Positions 20,004-30,001 of a stretch of DNA of 64,000 nt are shown in pieces. The position numbers were made by a program, and so were the translations under genes. The notes beneath the pieces were generated by a model, which worked only from the letters and a program-made list of their open reading frames with translations, made no database searches and was not told the DNA's origin. This DNA is from Thermoproteota archaeon. GTDB lineage: Archaea; Korarchaeota; Korarchaeia; Korarchaeales; JAOZGB01. How positions within the stretch are numbered: the stretch's first letter is position 1; every line of letters begins with the position of its first letter. The stretch is from contig JAVCBU010000012.1 in assembly GCA_037917685.1 (NCBI GenBank), forward strand, positions 371,509 to 435,508, in the 5' to 3' direction.

Positions 20004-21134
20004 TTGATGAGTGTAGAAAATTATTTCAGGCGAGAAGACAAAGTCGAAGCGGAGGTGTACGGAGAGGTTTATAGGATAATTAGAGGAATAGTTGGAGATG
20101 AAGATCTTAAGTTTCTGAGATATGTTGGGTTTATAATTTTTAAACCTGACACTGTGGCCAGAGGTATTGTTGGAGAGGTTGTTTCAGAATTCAGGAGGAG
20201 AGGGATATATATTTGGAAACCTAAGAAAGTTAGTTTAACCGGAGAAAAACTTGACAAGCTATACTTGTTTGTTAAACAAAAGTACGCGGATACTTGGTGG
20301 GTGATGGAAAAGGTGTTTAGGCTAGCCCCATGTATTGTCAGCTTATGTATAGGTAACCCTAAGAATTTCCCCCATCTCCCCGGCCGTATAAGGTTTGAGA
20401 TAGGACCTACTACTCCAGCAGCTGGAGAACCCGGGAAAATCAGGTATGATTTTTCCGGGTCTAACCGGATATTTAACGTGGTTCATGCAACCGATGACCC
20501 AGCGGCTTGTGTTAGAGAAGCGTTAATCTTTTACACAGAAGAGGAGATGAAAGAAGTTATTAGAGATGCAAAACTTTACCATCTAAGGGGGGTAACCCCC
20601 AAGTATGAGGTTAGAGATGAATATGATAAAACTGATATTGACATTTTCAAAATTATGGTAGCTTTTAAGAGAAGAATCTGTAACAAGTTAGAAGATTTTC
20701 ATGAGTATAGGGATAACATCGGTTTATTCACCAACCTTTTAGACGAAGAGGAGAAAGTGATCCGGAAGGTAACTGAGATAAGAAAAAGACGTGGGAGCCT
20801 TTCCCCAATTTACAAGAAAGAGCATGAACTGTCTATCAGGATGGAAGAGGAATTTGAAGATATCGTCAAGGAATATGCAAGGAAACCTGGAGAATATGAA
20901 TTAAAAGTTAGATTTGGAAGCTTAATTGGAAAATTAGGGTCTCTTATCACCGCCCTGAAAATCTTAAGCTCAGAAAGCGAGATGGCTAAGATAGATATGG
21001 ATCGCCTCTTATTAGAGATGATGTCCCTAGGAATAGTTAAGGGGGGCTGGGAAGAAACACTACTCCACACAACATGGGCTGTCATGCCCCAAATGATCAA
21101 GGACATGGAAGAGAATGGAACAATAGTCTTGTAG
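20004..21134 (+). CDS. Nucleoside-diphosphate-kinase-like domain with long helical C-terminal extension
   Basis: IFKPD, G.T.P...PGKIR, N..HATD. Confidence 0.7.
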   Translation: MMSVENYFRREDKVEAEVYGEVYRIIRGIVGDEDLKFLRYVGFIIFKPDTVARGIVGEVVSEFRRRGIYIWKPKKVSLTGEKLDKLYLFVKQKYADTWWVMEKVFRLAPCIVSLCIGNPKNFPHLPGRIRFEIGPTTPAAGEPGKIRYDFSGSNRIFNVVHATDDPAACVREALIFYTEEEMKEVIRDAKLYHLRGVTPKYEVRDEYDKTDIDIFKIMVAFKRRICNKLEDFHEYRDNIGLFTNLLDEEEKVIRKVTEIRKRRGSLSPIYKKEHELSIRMEEEFEDIVKEYARKPGEYELKVRFGSLIGKLGSLITALKILSSESEMAKIDMDRLLLEMMSLGIVKGGWEETLLHTTWAVMPQMIKDMEENGTIVL

Positions 21135-21142
21135 GGGAGAAA

Positions 21143-21994
21143 ATGAGAAATTTGTTTCCTTTGCTAGTAACAATTTCGGTGTGCATTCTGTTATTCATGA
21201 ATAGGTATGAGTATAAGCAGCCAGCCAACAATGAGGAAGATGTATTAAGTACAGTTTTCACCCCAAGTTACGGCCTCAGATTTTTCCTAGAAAAAGACCC
21301 TGTAGGTATAGAGTTTTCTAGATGCGAATCTCTGCTTGTAACAGTGAGACTTGGGAAGATTTCAGGAGAAGCTCTAGGGCTTTATGGTTTTAGAAAGGCA
21401 GTGGGTAATTATTATTGCTGGAGTCTTCATGTTTCATCCAAATGTAGAGCGTTACCTTGCAAGGTAGTTGTACTCATCGATGATGGTAGGGTTCTCGTAG
21501 ATGACTATATTTCGAAAAAAAGAGGATATAACGCGTGTTTAAACCTTACTGCAAGGAATCTAACCCTAAGAATAATTTCTGTAGTTGAAGCTGTATCCGA
21601 AGTTAAGAAAAGAGGAGAATGGAAAAAAGTAGAGGATGCAATCCTGAATATCAAGAGGAGATATGGAGAAGAGGGTATAACTACAATAGGAACTGAGAGA
21701 TTCTATTTCTCGACTGATGGTTTTGTACTTGAGAAGAGTCTCAACATTTGTATTAAGCATTTAGACCCAAGCTATGCTGAAAGAGGTAGCCGAAAAGGGA
21801 GCGAGCTACACAGAATCGACGACTTGGATTTCATGGTTAACCTGGCTCAAATGGTAGAATGGAGGGAAGCCGCTGGCTCCGGGAAGTATGTTATCGTATA
21901 TGCAACTTACTACCCTTTCACGAGGGTTCTATGGGTGGAAGTTGCGGAGGCGTATCCAGTAAGTGTGGTTAAGGAGTTTGTTTTCAATTTATAA
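21143..21994 (+). CDS. Hypothetical membrane-anchored/secreted protein
   Basis: ATG at 21143 after GGGGAG; hydrophobic N-terminus; no family recognised. Confidence 0.6.
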   Translation: MRNLFPLLVTISVCILLFMNRYEYKQPANNEEDVLSTVFTPSYGLRFFLEKDPVGIEFSRCESLLVTVRLGKISGEALGLYGFRKAVGNYYCWSLHVSSKCRALPCKVVVLIDDGRVLVDDYISKKRGYNACLNLTARNLTLRIISVVEAVSEVKKRGEWKKVEDAILNIKRRYGEEGITTIGTERFYFSTDGFVLEKSLNICIKHLDPSYAERGSRKGSELHRIDDLDFMVNLAQMVEWREAAGSGKYVIVYATYYPFTRVLWVEVAEAYPVSVVKEFVFNL

Positions 21995-22109
21995 AATAAG
22001 TGCTATGATATTTGCAGCTGTTGCCATTTTACACGGATTTTTTAGACCCGTCTTAATATGTTTGAATCCTTAAGTTATAAACTGACCAGTAATCCAATCT
22101 TATCGAAAA

Positions 22110-24278
22110 ATGAGGCTTGAATTTATAGTTTCAGAGGTTTTGAGACAAGATGACATAGGAAAGAATGTGGTTAAAATAGACCCTCTCATCTTTGAAAGGG
22201 AAGGCCTTAAAGTCGGTTCTTATGTTTCAATACAAGGTAACAAAGCTACCCACGCAAGGATATACCCTTCAACCCAAATAGATGTTGGCTCTGGAGTCGC
22301 GAGGATGGATAAGTATATCAGAATGAACTGTGGTGTCACCACAGGAGATAGAGTTTTCATAGAACCTGTAGAGTTTACAAAAGCCAAAAAAGTGATAGTC
22401 GTTCCCCAAGAAGGCGCCATCCTCGCAGACGAGGTTAGCACTTGGATTAAACATAAGCTTCTAAACAGAGCTCTAACTAAGGGAGATTTCATATCGGTAA
22501 GCGGTTTCGTCGGATCTCTACATCTTAAAGTTATGAGTGTTCAGCCAGATGGGTGGGGGGTCGTGTGCAACGACACTATAATAATATTAAAGGAGTTCAT
22601 AGAGGAACCTGAACATGTACTTACACCCATAACATATGAAGATATAGGCGGGCTTGCGGAGATAATAGGAAGAATAAGGGAGATGATAGAACTTCCTTTG
22701 AAGCATCCTGAGCTCTTCAAAAAACTAGGCATTAAACCTCCTAAAGGAGTACTACTATATGGACCTCCGGGAACCGGTAAGACCTTAATCGCCAGAGCCG
22801 TAGCCAATGAAAGTGGGGCGCATTTCATATCAATAAATGGACCAGAGATAATGAGCAAATACTATGGAGAATCTGAGAAAAACCTTAGAAGTGTTTTTGA
22901 AGAAGCATCGAAGAATGCTCCATCGATAATATTTATTGATGAAATAGATTCTATAGCCCCAAGGAGAGAAAACATCTCTAGGGACGTTGAGAGAAGGGTT
23001 GTCGCAACGTTACTATCTTTAATGGATGGATTAGAACCGAGAGGAGATGTTATCGTAATAGGAGCGACTAACATGCCTGAAATACTTGATCCAGCGTTAA
23101 GGAGACCTGGACGTTTCGATAGAGAAATTGAATTACCAACCCCTAATTTTGAAGGAAGAAAGGAAATACTTAAAATACACACTAGAAACGTACCACTGAC
23201 TGAGGATGTTGACCTCGACAAGATAGCAGAAGTAACGGTGGGATTTGTAGGTGCAGATCTAGAAGCATTAGTCAGAGAAGCAGCGATGATAAGGCTACAT
23301 AAGGTAGCACCGAACATTGGCGATGAGGGAAAGGTACCAGAGAGTATACTCGAAAACCTGAGAATTAGCATGTCTGACTTTATAGACGCGTTAAAAATCG
23401 TTCAACCATCAGCTCTAAGAGAGATAAGCTGCGAAATATCAAAGGTGAAATGGAGGGACATCGGCGGTCTAGACGAGGCTAAGAGGCTTCTCAGAGAGGC
23501 TGTGGAGTTACCATTCACAAGGCCTGATGTATTTAAGCGGTTAGGGATTAAACCTGCTAAAGGCGTACTCTTATATGGTCCACCTGGGTGTGGGAAGACA
23601 CTATTAGCAAGAGCTGCAGCAGGTGAAAGTATGGCTAATTTTATCTCAATAAAAGGGCCAGAGATCCTTAGCAAATGGGTTGGCGAATCCGAAAAGGCTA
23701 TCAGGAGAATTTTCAAGAAGGCAAGACAGGTTGCCCCGGCAATAATATTCATCGATGAAATAGACTCGATAGCTCCTAGAAGAGGAATGTTTGATAATTC
23801 CGGAGTTGTTGAAAGGGTTCTAAGCCAGCTTCTCACAGAGATTGATGGTATACACTCACTAACAGGAGTAGTTGTGGTTGGTGCAACAAACAGGCCTGAC
23901 ATCGTTGATCCAGCTCTTTTAAGACCGGGAAGGCTTGACTTGTTAATATATGTCCCACCGCCGGATTATCAAGATAGGGTTTCGATCTTGAAAATACATA
24001 CTAGAAATATGCCCTTATCAGAAGACGTAGATTTCGAAAAAATCGCCAAACTAACAGACGGGTATTCAGGTGCAGATTTAGAAGCGTTAGTCAGGGAAGC
24101 TGCGATGAACGCAATAAGGAGAGATATAAATACTGAGCTTGTCAAGATGGAAGACTTTATGCTTGCGTTAGAGAGGATAAAGCCTAGTTTAACGGGTGAT
24201 GTAATAAAGTATTATACGAATGTCGAGAGACAGATGAAATCTTACATCTCAGATGACAAGACCTCATATTTCACATAA
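22110..24278 (+). CDS. cdc48: CDC48/VCP family AAA+ ATPase
   Basis: N domain plus two AAA modules (GPPGTGKT, GPPGCGKT, DEIDSIAP, RPGR). Confidence 0.95.
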   Translation: MRLEFIVSEVLRQDDIGKNVVKIDPLIFEREGLKVGSYVSIQGNKATHARIYPSTQIDVGSGVARMDKYIRMNCGVTTGDRVFIEPVEFTKAKKVIVVPQEGAILADEVSTWIKHKLLNRALTKGDFISVSGFVGSLHLKVMSVQPDGWGVVCNDTIIILKEFIEEPEHVLTPITYEDIGGLAEIIGRIREMIELPLKHPELFKKLGIKPPKGVLLYGPPGTGKTLIARAVANESGAHFISINGPEIMSKYYGESEKNLRSVFEEASKNAPSIIFIDEIDSIAPRRENISRDVERRVVATLLSLMDGLEPRGDVIVIGATNMPEILDPALRRPGRFDREIELPTPNFEGRKEILKIHTRNVPLTEDVDLDKIAEVTVGFVGADLEALVREAAMIRLHKVAPNIGDEGKVPESILENLRISMSDFIDALKIVQPSALREISCEISKVKWRDIGGLDEAKRLLREAVELPFTRPDVFKRLGIKPAKGVLLYGPPGCGKTLLARAAAGESMANFISIKGPEILSKWVGESEKAIRRIFKKARQVAPAIIFIDEIDSIAPRRGMFDNSGVVERVLSQLLTEIDGIHSLTGVVVVGATNRPDIVDPALLRPGRLDLLIYVPPPDYQDRVSILKIHTRNMPLSEDVDFEKIAKLTDGYSGADLEALVREAAMNAIRRDINTELVKMEDFMLALERIKPSLTGDVIKYYTNVERQMKSYISDDKTSYFT

Positions 24279-24286
24279 TGGAGGTA

Positions 24287-24371
24287 CGCCGCCGGCCGGA
24301 CTTGAACCGGCGACCACTCGGTCTCTACATTTATTAACAGCCGAGCGCTCTACCAACTGAGCTACGGCGGC
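24287..24371 (-). tRNA. tRNA-Asn(GTT) with 12-nt intron at 37/38 (24323-24334)
   Basis: Cloverleaf GCCGCCG...CTCGG-CTGTTA[ATAAATGTAGAG]A-CCGAG...GCCGG-TTCAAGT-CCGGC-CGGCGGC-G; relaxed bulge-helix-loop splice motif. Confidence 0.92.
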
Positions 24372-24382
24372 ATAATAAAGTA

Positions 24383-24471
24383 TAGCCCCGGCCGGATTCG
24401 AATTCGCCGCTTGAGGCTCCGGCGTCAGCGGGTCCAGAGCCCGCTGTGCTTGGCCACTACACCACGGGGCT
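24383..24471 (-). tRNA. tRNA-Gln(CTG) with 16-nt intron at non-canonical 53/54 (24403-24418)
   Basis: AGCCCCG...GCGGG-CTCTGGA-CCCGC-TGAC-GCCGG[AGCCTCAAGCGGCGAA]TTCGAAT-CCGGC-CGGGGCT-A; A1-U72; strict BHB. Confidence 0.92.
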
Positions 24472-24497
24472 ATCAATATAATAGAAGGATTAGATTA

Positions 24498-25259
24498 TTA
24501 AGTTTTAGCTGCACTGTTAATCTCAGATCTAAATTCTCTTATCCATTCTTCAACGTCTCCCACTTCCTCTATGGCTGTGCCAACGACTACAATATTAGCT
24601 CCGGCCTTGAATTTTTCAGCAGCTATTTTCCCTGATTTAATACCTCCGCCAACGATTATTCCTAGGTTAGTGTTTTTTCTGATAATAGTTATAGTCTTTA
24701 GTGGGATAGTCTCTTCAGCTCCGCTCCCCGCTTCTAGGTATATCCACCGCATACCTAGAAATTGAGCTGCTAAGGCGTAGGCTAGACCTATCTCAGGCCT
24801 ATCCCTTGGTATAGGGTTAGCATCACCTACCCATCCTGCAGATGTACGCCCTCCAGGCTCGAAAATCATATATGCTGTGGGTATAGCCTCAAGCTTGTAC
24901 TTCCATACTATTGGGGCGGCTAGGGCTTGGGCTTTAATTATCCAATAGGGGTTTGTAGAGTTTATAAGGCTCATGAATAGTACAGCATCCGCGTATGGCG
25001 AGACGCCGTCAACATTACCAGGGAATAGGATAACAGGTATATTCACCTTTTCCTTTATTAGACGCACAGTTTGGTTAAGAGAGATGCCGGCACCTACTGA
25101 TCCACCGATTAGGATAATATCTGCACCGCCTAGCGAAGCTTTCCGTGCTCTTTCAGCATTGATTTCTGGATTGTCTTTGAAAGGATCTATGAGAGCTGCA
25201 AGTAAAGGTCTTTTACTAGAGGCTTCATATAGGTAGCTTTCGACTTTACCGATTCGCAT
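24498..25259 (-). CDS. Geranylgeranylglyceryl phosphate synthase
   Basis: LIDP.K, IGGS, LFPG, SLINS.NPYWI, YLEAGSGA, VGGGI. Confidence 0.92.
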   Translation of the reverse strand: MRIGKVESYLYEASSKRPLLAALIDPFKDNPEINAERARKASLGGADIILIGGSVGAGISLNQTVRLIKEKVNIPVILFPGNVDGVSPYADAVLFMSLINSTNPYWIIKAQALAAPIVWKYKLEAIPTAYMIFEPGGRTSAGWVGDANPIPRDRPEIGLAYALAAQFLGMRWIYLEAGSGAEETIPLKTITIIRKNTNLGIIVGGGIKSGKIAAEKFKAGANIVVVGTAIEEVGDVEEWIREFRSEINSAAKT

Positions 25260-25262
25260 ATG

Positions 25263-26942
25263 TCACAATCTACTCAGCTCTGATTTTAATTTTTCTACGT
25301 CGATCTTTGTGAAGAGAGGCTTGGATCTCCTTATTTTTTTACCTGGACTAATTGGGAGGTGAGCATCGAGCCAATTAAATGTGTGGATGTCGCCAGGCAT
25401 ATTAAGAGTTTCCCATATTTTTTCCCCGGTATCTGGAAGAAACGGTTCTATTATTACTGCTATCGTCTTTATTGCAGACGCTAAGATGTATAAAGATGTT
25501 GCAGCTTGCCCTCTATCGTTTTTCACTAATTTCCACGGTTCTTTCATGTTAAAATATGAATTACATTTTCTGGCAAGATTTAAAACCTCTACTAATGCAT
25601 CTCTGAACCTAAACTCATCTATTTTCGCTGATACAACCCCAGGTGTTTCTTTTATGCATGTCAGTAGCATTGTATCCTCCTCTGACATTTCTGATGGAGG
25701 GGGTATTTCTGAATCGAAGTACCTATTTATGAAGCTTAGTGTTCTATGAATTAGGTTGCCTAAAGTATCATTTAACTCATTATTTATTTTACGCTGAAAG
25801 TCACCCCATGAAAAATTAGAGTCACTTGTCTCTGGTCTTATGAGGGTAAGATAAAAACGCCAGTAATCTGATGGAAGGATCTTTATAGCTTGGTCAAGCC
25901 ATATACCAACTCTTCTACTCTTTGAGAATTTTTGACCTTCATACATTAGGAATTCAGTTGAAGATACCTGCCACGGCAGTGGATAGCCGTCGCCGGAGGC
26001 TAGTAGCAAGGCAGGAAATACTATTATATGAAATGGTATGTTGTCTTTTCCTATGAAATACAGTGTTTTTGTGTCTTTAGATAGCCAAAAATCCTTCCAT
26101 CTTTCAGGGTTGCCTTTCTGCTCAAAGTACTCAATCACAGCGGATATATAGCCAAGTACAGCCTCCATCCATACGTATATTGTCTTGTTTTCCGCACCAG
26201 GGAACGGTGCGTTTATACCCCATTTGTTATCACGTGTAAGGGATCTTGGTTTAAGCCCTTCTCTTATCATTGATAAGCTCATATTCTTAACATTAGGTGG
26301 AAGCCTCGGGTGATTTTCTATATAGGTTTTAAGCTTATTTTCGAATGCTGGAAGATCAAAGTACCAGTGCTTAGATTTTTTAAACGATGGTTTTGACCCG
26401 CAAAACGTACATTTAGGGTTTATGAGGTCTTTAGGATCTAGGAGTCGGCCGCAATTCTCACACTGATCTCCTTTGGCATATTCATACCCACAGTGTGGGC
26501 ATTGACCTTCAACAAAACGGTCTGGAAGGTAAATATTACAGTTATTGCAAAAGGGAATTATTTCGTCTTTGGTAAAAATGTAACCTCTTTCGTATACTTT
26601 TCTATAGAATGTCCTCACAAATTTTTTGTGTATTTCACTTTCTGTCCTAGAATAGTTATCAAAGGATATCCTAAATTTTTCAATAAGCTCTTTAACGATC
26701 TTATGATATCTATCCGTGAGTTCCCGAGGCTCTATACCCATTTTCCTGGCTTCAACCTCTATCGGAGTTCCATGTTCATCAGAACCCGAGACGAATATTA
26801 CTTCGTTATCAGGGTTGTGCCTTAGGTATCTCGCGTATATATCCGCTGATAAAAGTGAACCTATCAGGGTACCTAAATGCGGAACTGCATTTATATATGG
26901 CCAGGCACAGGTTACGACCCACTTCGCCTTGAGTTTTACCAC
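25263..26942 (-). CDS. metG: Methionyl-tRNA synthetase (no C-terminal EMAP-like domain)
   Basis: AWPYINAVPHLG, GSDEHGTP, Zn knuckles, GKDNIPFH, KFSKS. Confidence 0.95.
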   Translation of the reverse strand: MVKLKAKWVVTCAWPYINAVPHLGTLIGSLLSADIYARYLRHNPDNEVIFVSGSDEHGTPIEVEARKMGIEPRELTDRYHKIVKELIEKFRISFDNYSRTESEIHKKFVRTFYRKVYERGYIFTKDEIIPFCNNCNIYLPDRFVEGQCPHCGYEYAKGDQCENCGRLLDPKDLINPKCTFCGSKPSFKKSKHWYFDLPAFENKLKTYIENHPRLPPNVKNMSLSMIREGLKPRSLTRDNKWGINAPFPGAENKTIYVWMEAVLGYISAVIEYFEQKGNPERWKDFWLSKDTKTLYFIGKDNIPFHIIVFPALLLASGDGYPLPWQVSSTEFLMYEGQKFSKSRRVGIWLDQAIKILPSDYWRFYLTLIRPETSDSNFSWGDFQRKINNELNDTLGNLIHRTLSFINRYFDSEIPPPSEMSEEDTMLLTCIKETPGVVSAKIDEFRFRDALVEVLNLARKCNSYFNMKEPWKLVKNDRGQAATSLYILASAIKTIAVIIEPFLPDTGEKIWETLNMPGDIHTFNWLDAHLPISPGKKIRRSKPLFTKIDVEKLKSELSRL

Positions 26943-27017
26943 CCCCGAAGTATCACCGTATCTTGATATAAAGTTTAGTTAATGTTATTAAAATTTGATG
27001 GATAGAACGGGATAGAG

Positions 27018-27728
27018 GTGTGGGTTATGACTGACATTAGTGACATCTTGGAAAAAGCTAAGGCGGAAGGAAGAAATTATCTCCTAGAACCTGAAGCTAA
27101 AGAGGTCATCGCAAGATACGGGATACCGGTAACGAAAATAAAGGTTGGTAAAGATCTAGATGAGGTTTTAAAGTACGCCGAAGAAATAGGTTACCCGGTT
27201 GTCCTCAAGATAGTTTCACCCGATGTTATACATAAATCTGACATCGGAGGGGTTAAAATTAACCTCAAAAACGAGGAAGAAGTTGAAAAAGCATATAAAG
27301 AAATTATCTCTGCTACTAAAAAATTCAAGCCGAACGCTAGGATAGTAGGAGTACTGGTACAAGAATTTGTACCGCAAGGAACAGAGGTTATCATTGGGGT
27401 AAGTAAAGATCCCCAGTTCGGGCCTACCATTATGTTTGGATTAGGTGGAATATTTGTTGAAATATTGGAGGACGTCTCATTTAGGATAATTCCAATTACG
27501 AAACGGGATGCTAAGGAGATGATTAGTGAGATAAAGGGATACAAGGTTTTGATGGGTGCTCGTGGGAGAGAACCTTGCGATATGGAGGCTATCATAAACG
27601 CCCTCCTTTCTGTATCTAAGCTTGCGTGGGAACACCAAGAAATTAAAGAGTTAGACCTTAATCCTATAGAGGTTTATAGTAAGGGTTTAAAGGTTGTAGA
27701 TGCAAGAATAATCCTTGAAGGGGAGTAG
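27018..27728 (+). CDS. acdB: ADP-forming acetate/acyl-CoA ligase beta subunit
   Basis: LKIVSPDVIHKSDIGGV, DPQFGP, FGLGGIFVE, ELDLNP. Confidence 0.9.
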   Translation: MWVMTDISDILEKAKAEGRNYLLEPEAKEVIARYGIPVTKIKVGKDLDEVLKYAEEIGYPVVLKIVSPDVIHKSDIGGVKINLKNEEEVEKAYKEIISATKKFKPNARIVGVLVQEFVPQGTEVIIGVSKDPQFGPTIMFGLGGIFVEILEDVSFRIIPITKRDAKEMISEIKGYKVLMGARGREPCDMEAIINALLSVSKLAWEHQEIKELDLNPIEVYSKGLKVVDARIILEGE

Positions 27729-27729
27729 T

Positions 27730-27936
27730 ATGCCTATAAGAGTTTCTGCCATGTATGATAAAGAAGTTTACTCGATGGACGGGAGGAAAATCGGCATTGC
27801 AGTCGACTTTATCTATGACGATGTTGAACATAGGATTGCCGGAATAGTGGTTAGAAGACCAAATAAGGAAGAGGTTACAATACCTTATGAAAGTGTTAGA
27901 GCGTGCAAAGATATATTCATCATCCAGTTTGAGTAG
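27730..27936 (+). CDS. PRC-barrel domain protein
   Basis: K.VYS.DG..IG...D, IPYESV...KD.FII. Confidence 0.8.
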   Translation: MPIRVSAMYDKEVYSMDGRKIGIAVDFIYDDVEHRIAGIVVRRPNKEEVTIPYESVRACKDIFIIQFE

Positions 27937-29059
27937 ATTCAAAAGCTTCAACCATTTCTTCAAACACTGTGAAGGACTGAGTGAAATAATCCATTGTGAT
28001 TTCCTGCTCGCGATTTTTGTACAGCTTTGTCGTTGAAAGGAATAGTAATAAGTTTATGATACGTGAGGCGGTTGTGGAGTGCTCGAATAAAAGATTCCTG
28101 CGATTGAACTTATGCAGCAGATAGCTAATTAATTCTTTTTTAAGCTTGAGAATGAGTTCCATGTATTCCTGGCTAACCTTTACTTTCTGGATGTAAAGTT
28201 GAAAATCCCTGAGGTTTTTTACATCTAATCTAAGAAGTTTTAACAGCAGGTTCGAATATATCTCGAAATCTAGTACATTGACTATGGGTTTGTTTAAAAC
28301 CAGGTAAAGGAGTGTTTCGAAACCATAGTAGATAGAGTATCTACCACCATCTTGCCTGAAACTCTCTCTTATATCACCTGATGGTACGGATAACTCCCCA
28401 CGAATTTCCCTTAGTATCCTTGATAGTTCTGGTTCGCATTTGTAACTCGGTATCTTTGGGATAAGCTCTAATAAAATTCTACGGTAAGCTGTAAGGGCTT
28501 TAAGTATGTTTAAATCTATCGAATACAAACTTTCCAATAGTTGTAAAGCTTTGGTTACGTTTCTTTCCGTAATTAGAATTGATTCGGTTAAATAAGAGTG
28601 GAGTGTGGCCAAAACAAGTATCGTATCTATTATAAGTCTCTCTTCGGAGATCCTAATGTTTGAAACTAGATTGGATATGGTCTCTTCTGCTTCCTTGCTG
28701 ATCCTTACCTTATAGATCCATGATTCAAAATCAGGATTCACTAGAACGGATCTTATGTCTAAAAGCTTAATGCCATCATCAAAAAAGGCGATTCCTTGTT
28801 TATTCGTGAGGGTAGATAATAGAGCGTCTGCAAAATATATCGCTGAAGGATTTATAGATGCCATTTTTGTCCTGTCAGCATATATGGATGCTACTCCCAT
28901 TAAACACCTGTATAAGGATGACTTCGGCCACACTGGTTTTCTCCTAGCCTGAATGTCGATTTTGGACGATATTTGGGCAAGTTGCAGGATCTCAGGCTTA
29001 ACACCCTTATATTTGTTAAATGACGTAAAAATCTTCGACGATACCTCCAGTTGTATCAC
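27920..29059 (-). CDS. Hypothetical helical protein, possibly two AAA+/MCM lid-like repeats
   Basis: 379-aa ORF filling the gap; no Walker A. Confidence 0.6.
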   Translation of the reverse strand: MIQLEVSSKIFTSFNKYKGVKPEILQLAQISSKIDIQARRKPVWPKSSLYRCLMGVASIYADRTKMASINPSAIYFADALLSTLTNKQGIAFFDDGIKLLDIRSVLVNPDFESWIYKVRISKEAEETISNLVSNIRISEERLIIDTILVLATLHSYLTESILITERNVTKALQLLESLYSIDLNILKALTAYRRILLELIPKIPSYKCEPELSRILREIRGELSVPSGDIRESFRQDGGRYSIYYGFETLLYLVLNKPIVNVLDFEIYSNLLLKLLRLDVKNLRDFQLYIQKVKVSQEYMELILKLKKELISYLLHKFNRRNLLFEHSTTASRIINLLLFLSTTKLYKNREQEITMDYFTQSFTVFEEMVEAFESTQTG

Positions 29060-29123
29060 CTTTTCAAGGAAATCTTTTTAGAAAGTTCCTCCGCCACTAT
29101 TTTAAAAAACAATGTGAGGTGGC

Positions 29124-29999
29124 TTGACAGACATCGAAGAGCTTATAAAGCAACATGACTATCTGAAGAACGAGCTCTTCAAACATTACAAAGAGAAAGA
29201 AAAAAGGCTTGAGAAGTTCAGAAAACTCGTAGAGGAAAAAAAGGAACTATACAAAGAAAAAAACAGTGTTTATGAAGAGATAGAGAGAATTAGAGAGGAA
29301 AGAGACAAACTTATACAAGAAGCCAAGGAAGAACGGTCTAAAGCCAAAGAATACATCGAAACAAGCCGGAAACTGCTTGAAGAGGCAAGAAAACTAATGG
29401 ATGAGTATCGTAATCTCATGAGTGAAGTAGGCCTAAGCCTTAGGGCATTAAAGAGAATGATAGCTGAAAGGGAGAGGAGAATAGAAACTAATCCGATGGA
29501 TCTAGAGCTTGAGAAAAGAGCTGTTATGGAAGTTTTCATGTTGGAAGAAAAGATGAAAAAGGCAAGAAAAGCTCTAGAGATAAGGAGCAAAGCATTAGAA
29601 GTATACACTGAAGTGGCTAAATATAAGTTGCTAGCTAAGACGCATAGGGAAAATGCTGAAAAGCTTTCGGAAAAGATAGACAAGCTGTCGAAGGCTATTA
29701 AAAATAAACTTACAGAGGTTGGCAAGATAAAAGAAAAGATTAAAGAGAAAAATGAAGAGATAAAGAGCGCTGAAAAGGAGCTTGATGAGATTTCTGCTAA
29801 GATTCAACCGTTAAAAGGGAAGATACAGGAGATAAAGAGAAAGATACATGAACTTTTAAATGAGGAGGAGACTAAAAGAGAAATGATGGTAAAAGAATTA
29901 TTGAAAGCAAAAGTAGAAGAAGCGAAGAGGAAAATGATGTCTGGAGGTAAGATTTCCCTCGAAGAATTGAGACTAATTTTAGCGGGTTCGGAAGGATAG
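29124..29999 (+). CDS. Archaeal long coiled-coil protein (COG1340-like)
   Basis: Continuous K/E heptads, IET..MDLE.EK, C-terminal GGKISLEEL. Confidence 0.75.
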   Translation: MTDIEELIKQHDYLKNELFKHYKEKEKRLEKFRKLVEEKKELYKEKNSVYEEIERIREERDKLIQEAKEERSKAKEYIETSRKLLEEARKLMDEYRNLMSEVGLSLRALKRMIAERERRIETNPMDLELEKRAVMEVFMLEEKMKKARKALEIRSKALEVYTEVAKYKLLAKTHRENAEKLSEKIDKLSKAIKNKLTEVGKIKEKIKEKNEEIKSAEKELDEISAKIQPLKGKIQEIKRKIHELLNEEETKREMMVKELLKAKVEEAKRKMMSGGKISLEELRLILAGSEG

Positions 30000-30001
30000 A
30001 T

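Noticed and set aside
22220-23902. Long antisense ORFs opposite cdc48 (and similar ones opposite other genes)
   Set aside because: Shadow frames of well-supported genes, with no recognisable motifs
29124-29999. Possible ESCRT/SMC-like cytoskeletal protein
   Set aside because: No ATPase or Snf7 motifs; fits the common archaeal coiled-coil family found next to DUF373
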